Positions 1 through 8,457 of a stretch of 64,000 nucleotides of DNA are shown here, piece by piece (the first letter of the stretch is position 1; each line of letters begins with the position of its first letter). This stretch comes from a bacterium. Lineage in GTDB: Bacteria; Patescibacteriota; Minisyncoccia; UBA6257; GWB1-50-10. Both the position numbers and the translations under genes were made by a program. The notes beneath the pieces were generated by a model. It was given only the letters and a program-made list of their open reading frames with translations, was not told the origin of the DNA and searched no databases. Location: contig NZBZ01000004.1 in NCBI GenBank assembly GCA_002686365.1, positions 98,752 through 162,751 of the forward strand, written 5' to 3'.

Positions 1-308
1 CAATTGCATCGGGTAAGATTGGAGAGTCGCAAGCGAGGGTTCTGTTGGCTATTAAGGATTTAGATAAGCAAAAGGCGGCATTTGAACAGCTTTTGAAGGG
101 CGGGATGAGTGTTCGGACTCTTAAGGAGAAGGTAAGGGGTTCTCAATCTGATCCAGAGAAGAGTTTTTATGAGAAACAGCTTGAAGAGAAGATTGGTGCT
201 CCGGTTCAGATTTCAAGGCGAGGTGATAAGGGGAAGGTTGTGATTAGGTTTTTTTCAGAAGATGAGATGGATGGGGTTTTTAAAAGGCTTTTGGGGGATA
301 TTGAGTAA
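1..308 (+). CDS. parB: Chromosome partitioning protein ParB, C-terminal part; 5' end lies outside the window
   Basis: The frame is open from position 3. The translation ...IASGKIGESQARVLLAIKDLDKQKAAFEQLLKGGMSVRTLKEKV... matches the ParB HTH and C-terminal dimerisation region (the conserved GHARALL-type segment). Confidence 0.55.
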   Translation, partial: IASGKIGESQARVLLAIKDLDKQKAAFEQLLKGGMSVRTLKEKVRGSQSDPEKSFYEKQLEEKIGAPVQISRRGDKGKVVIRFFSEDEMDGVFKRLLGDIE

Positions 309-392
309 CAGAAAAAACTTTTTTCACTCACAAGTCTTTACGTGTCACCATGTGGGCCTGTTCTAGAAAGTTTTTTCTGTCTATTTTAGGCA

Positions 393-2036
393 ATGTTATT
401 TAATGATTTAAAAAATTTGGTAAAGGGGGAGGTGAGAGATGACGAGGAGACACTTGAGGAATTTAGTCATGATACGAGTTTATTTGGGGTGAGGCCGAAG
501 GTAGTTGTTTCTCCGGAAGATGTAGAGGATGTAAAGACTCTTGTCCGTTATATTTCGGAGCATAAAGATTCGGATTCTTCTTTATCTTTGACTGCGCGGT
601 CTGGTGGAACTGATATGAGTGGTGGACCTCTTAATGAGTCTATTGTTCTTGATTTTATACCGCACTTTAATCATTTTTCAGTTGATTCTGAGAGTTTGTG
701 TGCAGAGATAGAGCCGGGCGTGTTTTATCGTGATTTTGAGAAGGAAACAGGGCCTAAGGGCGTGCTTATGCCGTCATATCCTGCCTCGAAGTCTATTGCA
801 GCTTTGGGAGGGATGGTTATGAATAATGCCGGAGGCGAGAAGACTCTTAGGTATGGTCAGACAAGAAAATTTGTAGAGGAAGTTCGCATGGTGCTTCGAG
901 ATGGGAATGAGTATTCGTTTGGGTCTTTAGAGGCGGAGGAATTGGAAAGAAAACTCCAGCAGGATGATTTTGAGGGAGAGGTATATCAAGGCGTGCATAA
1001 GCTCTTGGAGGAGCATTACAAGCTTGTTCAGAGCGCGCAGCCAAAGACTTCAAAGAATTCCGCGGGATACGCGCTTTGGGATGTTTGGGATAAGGAGTCG
1101 GGCAGATTTGATCTTTCTCAGCTTTTTGTTGGTTCGCAGGGAACTCTTGGCATTATGACAGGTGCGAAACTTCGTCTTATTAAAGAGAAGAAGCATAAGA
1201 TTTTGATGCCTGTGTTTTTATCGAGCTGGGATGAACTTCCGGAGATTGTGCAGGCAGTTTTGCCTCATGATCCGGAGAGCTTAGAGCTTTTTGATATTGA
1301 GACACTAAAATTGGGTCTTCGGTTTATGCCAGAGGTTGCAAAAAAGGCGGGGTCTAGTTTTATTCCGTTTGCGCTTAAGTTTTTGCCTGAGGTGTGGGTT
1401 GGAATTCGACTTATGGGTCTTCCTAAACTTGTTGTGCTTGTTCATCTGGCTGAAGATTCAGAGAGCGAGGTAAGGAGTAAGGCTGCAAAAGTTGATGCTC
1501 TGGTTCGGAGGTTTCATGTGTGCGCTCGGACAATTTATAGTGAGGAGGAGGCGGAAAAGTATTGGATAATGAGACGGGAGAGTTTTAATTTACTTAGGCA
1601 GCATGTAAAAGGGAAGAGAACAGCGCCTTTTATTGATGACTTTTGTATTTTTCCTAAGGATGTTCCTGAATTCTTGCCGAAACTTTTGAAGATTTTGAAG
1701 GAGCATAAGATTGCGGTAAATATCGCGGGACATGCTGGAGACGGGAATTTTCATATTATTCCTCTTATGGATTTGACCAAGGAGGAGGAGCAAGCAAAGA
1801 TTTGGGTTGTGGCAGATAAGGTTTATGCTCTTGTTCTGCAGTATGGCGGAACTATAACTGCAGAACATAATGACGGGCTTATTCGGAGTCCGTATTTGGA
1901 GAAAATGTATGGAAAGGAAGTTTATGCGTTATTTGAGGAGGTGAAGCGTATTTTTGACCCTGAAGGTATTTTTAATCCTGGAAAGAAGGTGGGGTCTAGC
2001 AAGAAGTACGCGATGAGGCATTTGAAACAAGAATAA
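393..2036 (+). CDS. FAD-linked oxidase (GlcD / D-lactate dehydrogenase-like, PCMH-type FAD-binding domain)
   Basis: 547-aa ORF. N-terminal FAD-binding signature ...LTARSGGTDMSGGPL...; C-terminal FAD-oxidase_C-like region. Confidence 0.65.
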   Translation: MLFNDLKNLVKGEVRDDEETLEEFSHDTSLFGVRPKVVVSPEDVEDVKTLVRYISEHKDSDSSLSLTARSGGTDMSGGPLNESIVLDFIPHFNHFSVDSESLCAEIEPGVFYRDFEKETGPKGVLMPSYPASKSIAALGGMVMNNAGGEKTLRYGQTRKFVEEVRMVLRDGNEYSFGSLEAEELERKLQQDDFEGEVYQGVHKLLEEHYKLVQSAQPKTSKNSAGYALWDVWDKESGRFDLSQLFVGSQGTLGIMTGAKLRLIKEKKHKILMPVFLSSWDELPEIVQAVLPHDPESLELFDIETLKLGLRFMPEVAKKAGSSFIPFALKFLPEVWVGIRLMGLPKLVVLVHLAEDSESEVRSKAAKVDALVRRFHVCARTIYSEEEAEKYWIMRRESFNLLRQHVKGKRTAPFIDDFCIFPKDVPEFLPKLLKILKEHKIAVNIAGHAGDGNFHIIPLMDLTKEEEQAKIWVVADKVYALVLQYGGTITAEHNDGLIRSPYLEKMYGKEVYALFEEVKRIFDPEGIFNPGKKVGSSKKYAMRHLKQE

Positions 2037-2262
2037 GGATTCACTCTTTCCTTTCTCTCGATGACTTGTCTTTGTTCAAAGAGAACTTATCTCGCTCGGC
2101 AAAAAATCTTTTACGGAATACACCGAACTCGCTTCGCTCAGACAACGGCGTATTCCTAGATTTTTCTTCTCGCTCGGAGTTCTCTTGTTGACCAAAGATT
2201 TTTAGTCAGCTCTAAAAAAGAAAAAGTGAATTTATAGAGGAGATCTCATTGTCTCTGGGGTT
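2037..2262 (+). repeat. 3'-UTR repeat family B, copy 1; related copies at 23254-23440 and 61340-61560, and a fragment at 57916-58030
   Basis: A ~100-nt core (...CTCGCTCGGCAAAAAATCTTTTACGGAATACACCGAACTCGCTTCGCTCAGACAAC...TTTTTCTTCTCGCTCGG...) is about 80% identical to the segment after alaS and similar to the segment after groEL. Confidence 0.5.
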
Positions 2263-2282
2263 GGTGAGGGAGGTCTGAAGGT

Positions 2283-2306
2283 AGCCCCGCCTTGGCGGGG
2301 CTTTTG
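2283..2306 (+). terminator. Rho-independent terminator (AGCCCCGCC-TTGG-GGCGGGGCT plus T-run), preceded by a conserved GGGAGGTCTGAAGGT motif
   Basis: 9-bp GC stem followed by TTTTGTTT. The same hairpin type recurs at 23464-23490 and 48620-48648. Confidence 0.55.
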
Positions 2307-2317
2307 TTTAGTGTAAT

Positions 2318-2349
2318 AAAAAACCGCGGGATTTTCCCGTGGTTTTTAT
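2318..2349. terminator. Bidirectional terminator hairpin (AAAAACCGCGGGA-TTTT-CCCGTGGTTTTT) between convergent genes
   Basis: A stem flanked by an A-run and a T-run lies between the + strand oxidase and the - strand glycosyltransferase, and overlaps the stop codon of the latter. Confidence 0.4.
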
Positions 2350-3626
2350 TTCTTTCCATTCCCATTTTCTGTTTTGTAGAATTGCTTGTAAATTCTTTTG
2401 TATTTTCTTGCAGTAATTTTCCAGGTGAATTTTTGTTCAACTGTTTCTCGGGCTCGCTTCCCCATTTTTCTTCGCATTCTTTTTTTCGAAAGAAGTCTGT
2501 TAACTGCTTCTGCTACCTGTTTGCTGTTTCTTGGTCGTACAAAGGTGCCGTTTACTCCTTCTTTAACAGCTAGCGGAATTCCTCCTTTTTTTGTTACTAT
2601 TACTGGAGTTTTTGCAGCCATTGCTTCAAGGATTACAAGTCCAAGCGGCTCATCCCATACAGAAGGGGCAACAAAGACGTCTGCGCGATAGTAAAAATCT
2701 ACAAGCTCTTTTTTTCTGTTCTCTCCCATGTATCCCAGAAAGTGAACATTTTTTAGCTCTAGCTTGTGTTTTAAATCTTCTAGTCGTGCTCTTTCTGGTC
2801 CATCTCCTGCAAGATAGATTTGTCCTTTGATTTGCTTTGCTGCGTTTACAAGGTAGTACACGCCTTTTTTCTCAGTTAGTTTTCCAGAGAAAAGAACTAC
2901 CTTTTTCCCTTTGAGTTTATATTTTCTGTCTAATGTTTTTGTCTCTTTTTTTATTGGGTAGTCTTCAATTGTGATTCCGCCAGGTATGATTCTTGTTTTT
3001 GTAGAGAACTCCTCTCCAAATGTTCTTAGCATCCAGTCTTTTGTATCCTTGCTTACTGGTATTACTTTTTTTGAGTGGTGCAGAGCATCTGCTGTGAGTG
3101 GTACGTAGCTTTTGTTTTCTGTTCCAGCAAGTACTCCTGTGCCATGAGCAGTAGCTATATAGTTTATTCCATATAAAGCTTTTACGAGGTTTGCGACCCA
3201 CATCATAACTGAGATGTGATGGACGTGGATAATATCCGGTTTAAAGTCATCTACTGCGTGCATGACGCTTTGCGTGAAGTTGCGGTATACGTCTACCAAC
3301 TCTCTTGGCGTAAGGTCTTTGTAGAGTTTGCATACTGGCCATGCAGGGTGTCCGGTAAATGCAACTGGGAATGGAAGATGTAGAGGATAGAGTTTTAGTC
3401 CTTGAACTTTTTTTCTATTCTCTGGACAGACAATGGCGGTTTTGACATTGTCTGATTTATTAAGCTCCCGCGCGAGTTCTCGCGCGTAGGTTCCGGATCC
3501 TGACCCCCATAGAGGAAATGCGAGAAGCATAAGAACTTTTTTGGCCTCTTTTTTGCGCGGAGCTTTTCTTTTTTTTGGAGATTTTGATGGTTTGCCCCTT
3601 TTCTTTTTTTTAGATGCTCGTTTCAT
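2346..3626 (-). CDS. Glycosyltransferase family 4 (GT-B fold) with a 30-aa lysine-rich N-terminal tail
   Basis: C-terminal motif EPLGLVILEAMAAKTPVIVTKKGGIPLAVKEGVNGTFV is typical of GT4. The N-terminus reads MKRASKKKKRGKPSKSPKKRKAPRKKEAKK. Confidence 0.7.
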   Translation of the reverse strand: MKRASKKKKRGKPSKSPKKRKAPRKKEAKKVLMLLAFPLWGSGSGTYARELARELNKSDNVKTAIVCPENRKKVQGLKLYPLHLPFPVAFTGHPAWPVCKLYKDLTPRELVDVYRNFTQSVMHAVDDFKPDIIHVHHISVMMWVANLVKALYGINYIATAHGTGVLAGTENKSYVPLTADALHHSKKVIPVSKDTKDWMLRTFGEEFSTKTRIIPGGITIEDYPIKKETKTLDRKYKLKGKKVVLFSGKLTEKKGVYYLVNAAKQIKGQIYLAGDGPERARLEDLKHKLELKNVHFLGYMGENRKKELVDFYYRADVFVAPSVWDEPLGLVILEAMAAKTPVIVTKKGGIPLAVKEGVNGTFVRPRNSKQVAEAVNRLLSKKRMRRKMGKRARETVEQKFTWKITARKYKRIYKQFYKTENGNGKK

Positions 3627-3636
3627 GTATGTTAAA

Positions 3637-3654
3637 AGCTCACATTTGTGAGCT
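3637..3654. promoter_or_regulatory. 18-bp perfect palindrome AGCTCACA-TT-TGTGAGCT in the divergent intergenic region (candidate operator)
   Basis: Perfect 8-bp arms lie 11-30 nt upstream of the - strand GT4 start codon at 3626 and upstream of the + strand gene starting at 3807. A TATAAT at about 3791-3796 sits 11 nt before the 3807 ATG. Confidence 0.25.
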
Positions 3655-3806
3655 CTTTCCCGTGTATTGTATTCTATCTGATGTTTTTGGTCAAATTGGC
3701 TGTGTATATTGATACTGCAGTGATATTGTCTGCTTTTTTCCTCTTTTTTTCGGTCTTATGGCCATTTTTTGCGTTTTTCTTCTTTTGTTTTTAAGAGTAT
3801 AATGGT

Positions 3807-5024
3807 GTGTATATGTTTAGGGAAAAAGGAGGTTTTGAGGACCCTGCGTCTGTAGAGGGTACAGCTTCGGAGCGCGAGGAGCACAAAGAGGAGGTTTTGT
3901 GGGAAGGAGATGATATTTTCGTGCGTTTCCCTGATCGTCCGGCGATTTCTCCAGATGATGGGTCTCACATTAAAATTGTTCCTTCTGGTCAGGGAAATCA
4001 TGACTGGCGCACTGCCTCTGTTCGAGAAGTTGTTCATGAGGGGTTGTATGCTCTTCCTGCGGCGCGTATGCTGGCAGATAGCGGTCGCACTTCTGATTTG
4101 TGGGCGAACATTCATTGGAATTCTTTGGCCTCTGATGGCGCGAATGTGTTTGGTCGTGCGCCAGCATCTGAAGCTGGGTGGGCAAAGCCGGTTGTTATAC
4201 AGGAAAAAGGCGCTGATTTTCCTGATAGCGATAGTGCGCGAGAGAATTTGAAAAAGTTTTCAGAGCGGTATTTTTCAAAATGGAGTCGACTTAAGGAAGA
4301 AGGTATTAGTTTATTTTCGGGCGGGGTGCGTGAGCTTGATTCTGATAGTTCTGAGTTTCAAAAAGAGGTGGAAAGTTATGCGGAACGTGAGCATCCTTGG
4401 CAGGAAACTGTGTTGTGGGTAAATGAAAAGTTCGTTCTGGTTTCAGTGGACAATCCTCATCTTTCCGGCACGCATTTAGTCATTCATCCTAGAGACGAGT
4501 ATTGGAGTAAGAAAGGAGATTTTCGAAAGCCATGGCAGACAGAGGAGGCGCGTAGCGGAGACTTGTCTTATATTGAGGGCTTTCTTGAGTCTCTTGCGAT
4601 TCTAAAGTCCGCCCAGAAAGTTCTTTCTGAGCAGGAGGATGTTCCTTTTATGAATTCTGAAATTCATTACAGCGGTAATTGGGCTGGTGATCTTCAGTCT
4701 CAGGAGAGAGGAGGGCAATTAGCAGAGGGAGAATTCGCTCAAGCACTTTCTGAATCTGATCCTCGAATTTCGGTTCGTGATCAGAAGCGAAGATATCAAC
4801 GCGGTAGGCCGGAAGAGTTTCAAACTTCTATGCATGGGCATTTGTATGCTACTGAAGACTCTGGGGAATTTGTTCATCTTCCTACTCGTCCAAAATCAGA
4901 GGCTCCGGAAGAATGGCAAGGAATATCTCTAGCTGATCAGGGAGATGTTTCTAAGATACAGAAAGTTATTCAAGAGCGTCTTGGCGCTGTATTGGAGCGT
5001 GAGGCGAAAGAGTCTATAGTGTAA
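3807..5024 (+). CDS. Hypothetical protein with two degenerate HIT-like half-domains (GalT/HIT-like fold suspected)
   Basis: Two segments, DIFVRFPDRPAISPDDGSHIKIVP and KFVLVSVDNPHLSGTHLVIHPRDEY, resemble the HIT/GalT pattern AF.D..P...GH.LVIPK. No intact HxHxH triad was found. Confidence 0.4.
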   Translation: MYMFREKGGFEDPASVEGTASEREEHKEEVLWEGDDIFVRFPDRPAISPDDGSHIKIVPSGQGNHDWRTASVREVVHEGLYALPAARMLADSGRTSDLWANIHWNSLASDGANVFGRAPASEAGWAKPVVIQEKGADFPDSDSARENLKKFSERYFSKWSRLKEEGISLFSGGVRELDSDSSEFQKEVESYAEREHPWQETVLWVNEKFVLVSVDNPHLSGTHLVIHPRDEYWSKKGDFRKPWQTEEARSGDLSYIEGFLESLAILKSAQKVLSEQEDVPFMNSEIHYSGNWAGDLQSQERGGQLAEGEFAQALSESDPRISVRDQKRRYQRGRPEEFQTSMHGHLYATEDSGEFVHLPTRPKSEAPEEWQGISLADQGDVSKIQKVIQERLGAVLEREAKESIV

Positions 5025-5036
5025 TTTGTCTTTATT

Positions 5037-6101
5037 ATGGCTTTAAAGAAATCATTTCGTATTTGTGTTGTTGCCCCACCGTTTAGTATGGTTCCACCGC
5101 GTGGGCAGGGTGGTACTGAACGGATTGCGTATCAGATGGTGGAGGGGTTTTGCGCGCGTGATCATCGAGTTACGCTTCTTGGCGTGGGGCTGGATAAGAC
5201 GTCAGCGCGTTTTGTACAGATTTTTAAGCAGCCTATTTCTCAGCGTTCTTTTGACACTGCGAAAATTGAGGCTTCGCGCTCTTTGCGTCTTGAGCTTGCC
5301 TACACTGCTCGAGTTGTTCAGTTTTTGCGCAAACATCGCAGGAATTTTGATATTGTATTTAATCATTTGCGTGGAGGCACTGTTCTTGCAGCGCTTGGTG
5401 AGGAGATTGGGCTTCCAGTAGTATCTACTCTTCATCTTCCAATGTTTCAGGAGCTTGGGGAGGCTTATTCTTCTTTGCGGCATCCTAATCTTGTAAGTAT
5501 TTCAAATAATCAGCGTAAGGATTTTCCTAAACTTAAATATCTTGCGACAGTGTACAATGGTGTCTTATTAGATGAGTTTCCATTTTCTGCGGAGGCAGAT
5601 GATTATTTTTTGTTTATGGGTTCAATTGGGGAGCATAAGAATCCTTTGGATGCGATTCTGGCTGCTAAGAAGGCTCGAGTGAAACTTGTTCTTGCCGGAG
5701 GGAAGAAGCGGGAGCCCTATTTTTCGGAGAAGATTTTGCCTCTTATTGATGGAAAGCAGATTCAATATGCGGGAGAGGTTTCCGGCGCGAAGAGGATTCA
5801 GTTGATTCAGGGGGCTCGTGCTTTTTTGTTCCCTATCTCTTGGGAGGAGCCGTTTGGATTGGTTATGACTGAGGCAATGGCATGCGGGACTCCTGTTATT
5901 GCATATCGCAGGGGCGCGACCCGGGAAATTGTTATACATGGTAAGACTGGATTTTTGGTGTCTGGTGTTTCAGAAATGGCGCGTGCGATAGGGCGTATTG
6001 ATACTATTTGTCGGAGTGTTTGCAGAGAGCGGATTGAACGCCATTTTTCTTCTCAAAAGATGATTGAGGATTATGAGGCTCTTATTTCTAAAGTAATATG
6101 A
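5037..6101 (+). CDS. Glycosyltransferase family 4
   Basis: [39 protein letters not shown] (the GT4 E-x7-E region). Confidence 0.75.
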   Translation: MALKKSFRICVVAPPFSMVPPRGQGGTERIAYQMVEGFCARDHRVTLLGVGLDKTSARFVQIFKQPISQRSFDTAKIEASRSLRLELAYTARVVQFLRKHRRNFDIVFNHLRGGTVLAALGEEIGLPVVSTLHLPMFQELGEAYSSLRHPNLVSISNNQRKDFPKLKYLATVYNGVLLDEFPFSAEADDYFLFMGSIGEHKNPLDAILAAKKARVKLVLAGGKKREPYFSEKILPLIDGKQIQYAGEVSGAKRIQLIQGARAFLFPISWEEPFGLVMTEAMACGTPVIAYRRGATREIVIHGKTGFLVSGVSEMARAIGRIDTICRSVCRERIERHFSSQKMIEDYEALISKVI

Positions 6102-7174
6102 AGAAAAAATTACGCATAGCCATGTTTTGTTCTACTGAGTGGCCAACACCGCCTCCTCAGGACGTTATATTTGCTCCCTTGTGGATTCATTATTATGTTG
6201 CTGAGGGGTTGGCAAAGCGGGGACATGAAGTTTTTTATTTCGGACCTAAGGAGTCGAAGATGAAATATGCTAAGTTGGTATCTTGTGATATGTCTGCCAT
6301 GAGGAATAATACTGAGCTTTTTCCCCTTGTTAGCATGAAAACTAGATGGGAGGCTGTTATTTTTTATGAACAGACGTTTATTTCTAAAATGTATGAGATG
6401 AATTCAAAGAAGAAATTTGATGTTATCCATACTTATCGTAATAGTTTTCCTTTTGCCTCCCTTACAAAAACTCCTACTGTTGTAACTATCCATGATCCTA
6501 TTGAGAAGATTCGAAAATATAGATATGAGTGGACTCGTCAGTTTCCGCAAATTCATTTTATTTCTATTTCAGATGCGCAGCGGAGTCCTGCTCCTGATTT
6601 GAATTATCTGGATACGATTTATCACGGGATAGATCTTCGTAGGTTTCAATTTAACGCGAAGCCGGATGATTATTTTGTTATTGCCGGTCGGATGCTTCAG
6701 AGAAAGGGGATTGGTATTGCAATACAAGTTGCTAAGAAAGCTGGCGTGAAGCTTAAGATTGCCGGCGGTCCTGCGAAGGGTTTGTACTGGGAGAAGAGTA
6801 TTAAACCGTATCTTGGTAAGGATATAGAGTATGTGGGAATGGTGGATTATTATTGCATGGGTGATTTTTTCCGCAAAGCAAAAGGCTTTATTTCTCCTCA
6901 GCGTTGGAATGAGCCGTTTGGACTTACGTTTGTTGAGGCAATGGCATGCGGGACGCCCGTTATTACTTTTCACCGAGGATCTGCGCCTGAGGTTGTGGCC
7001 CATGGAAAGACAGGCTTTGTCGTGCGTAGTGTTCCGCAGATGATTGAGGCAATAAAGAATGTGGATACAATTAAGCGCGAAGATTGCCGGAAGCACGTTG
7101 AAGAACATTTTTCTGTTAAGAAGATGGTGGATCGTTATGAGGAGGTTTTTCTGAAATTAGCAGAGAGCAAGTAG
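6098..7174 (+). CDS. Glycosyltransferase family 4 (paralog)
   Basis: [40 protein letters not shown] 4-nt overlap with the upstream gene indicates translational coupling. Confidence 0.75.
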   Translation: MKKKLRIAMFCSTEWPTPPPQDVIFAPLWIHYYVAEGLAKRGHEVFYFGPKESKMKYAKLVSCDMSAMRNNTELFPLVSMKTRWEAVIFYEQTFISKMYEMNSKKKFDVIHTYRNSFPFASLTKTPTVVTIHDPIEKIRKYRYEWTRQFPQIHFISISDAQRSPAPDLNYLDTIYHGIDLRRFQFNAKPDDYFVIAGRMLQRKGIGIAIQVAKKAGVKLKIAGGPAKGLYWEKSIKPYLGKDIEYVGMVDYYCMGDFFRKAKGFISPQRWNEPFGLTFVEAMACGTPVITFHRGSAPEVVAHGKTGFVVRSVPQMIEAIKNVDTIKREDCRKHVEEHFSVKKMVDRYEEVFLKLAESK

Positions 7175-7237
7175 TGCTTTCGTGGTACTATATAAGATAA
7201 GGGGCGTAAGATAGCATTTTATATTAGTAGATAGTTT

Positions 7238-8434
7238 ATGAGGAAACAGCTCAAAATTGGCTTGGTACTTCCTTCAATGTATGCGGCACGGCGTTTTGCC
7301 AAGCGTATTTTTGCTCCCAAGGAGCTGCTTGCGGAATTAGGGAATTCTTTTCTAGAGAAGGGGCATAAGGTGTATGCGTATACTTCTCCGGGAGTTCTTC
7401 CTGACAAAATTACTTTTGGCGGAGATTTGGAGTTGGAAAATAAGACTATTCCGTCAGCTTGGGATATGGGCGAGAAAAGCAGGCCTCCTGCTTCTGCTGC
7501 TTCGCAGATTAATATTCGGAATGCGCGCGCATATGAGGCAACTGTTATGAGGCAGGCGGTTTTGGATGCGAATAGACGCGGACTTGATATTCTGCATGTG
7601 TATCTTGGGGATAGTCCGCATCAGTTTGTGCCGTTTGCGAACATGCCAGTCGTATTTACCGTACATGATCCTGTGTGGCCGGGAACGCTTGAAGCATGGT
7701 CTTTTAAGACGTTTGCTCAGCATAATTATATAAACATATCTCATTCACAGGCAGGTCAGTATAAAAAGGCATTTGGATTTCGGAACTCTATCGTGATTCA
7801 TCATGGAGTTGATTTAGATGATTTTTCTTTTTCTGAGAGTCCTCGTGGCGAATATGTTTCTTTTATCGGCCGGTACTTGGCAAAGAAGGGTGTTGAGGAA
7901 GCAATTCGGACAGCGCAGTCATTGAAGATTCCGCTTCTGATGGCCTCGAGTAAGGGGTATCGTACGTCAAAATATTACCAGAATCATATACGTCCTCATC
8001 TTTCTTCTCGGCTTGTCACAAGGGTTGGTTTTTTGACTCCTCATAAGAGAAATGAGTTTCTTCGGAATTCAAAGGCATTTCTTTTCCCAATCAAGTGGCC
8101 TGAGCCGTTTGGAATGGTGATGATTGAGGCAATGGCGTGCGGGACTCCTGTTGTTGCATTCGCAGAAGGGTCAGTGCCGGAAGTTGTAAAGGATGGTAAG
8201 ACTGGGTTTGTTGTAAGGCGTACTCCAGAAGCAAAAGGTAATTATATTGTGAAAAAGATTGGCATGGCAGGATTTAAGGAGGCAGTAAAGAGAGTTTATG
8301 ATATGAGTCCCGAAGAGTACAAGAAGATGCGTAATGAGTGTAGGGCTCATGTTGAGAAGTATTTTACGATTGAGAAGATGGCAGAGAATCATGAGAAGGC
8401 ATATAGGCACTTTATTAAAAGGTGGAAGAAATAG
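7238..8434 (+). CDS. Glycosyltransferase family 4 (paralog)
   Basis: [39 protein letters not shown]. Confidence 0.7.
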   Translation: MRKQLKIGLVLPSMYAARRFAKRIFAPKELLAELGNSFLEKGHKVYAYTSPGVLPDKITFGGDLELENKTIPSAWDMGEKSRPPASAASQINIRNARAYEATVMRQAVLDANRRGLDILHVYLGDSPHQFVPFANMPVVFTVHDPVWPGTLEAWSFKTFAQHNYINISHSQAGQYKKAFGFRNSIVIHHGVDLDDFSFSESPRGEYVSFIGRYLAKKGVEEAIRTAQSLKIPLLMASSKGYRTSKYYQNHIRPHLSSRLVTRVGFLTPHKRNEFLRNSKAFLFPIKWPEPFGMVMIEAMACGTPVVAFAEGSVPEVVKDGKTGFVVRRTPEAKGNYIVKKIGMAGFKEAVKRVYDMSPEEYKKMRNECRAHVEKYFTIEKMAENHEKAYRHFIKRWKK

Positions 8435-8457
8435 TAGTTTTTGGTACTATTTTAACA

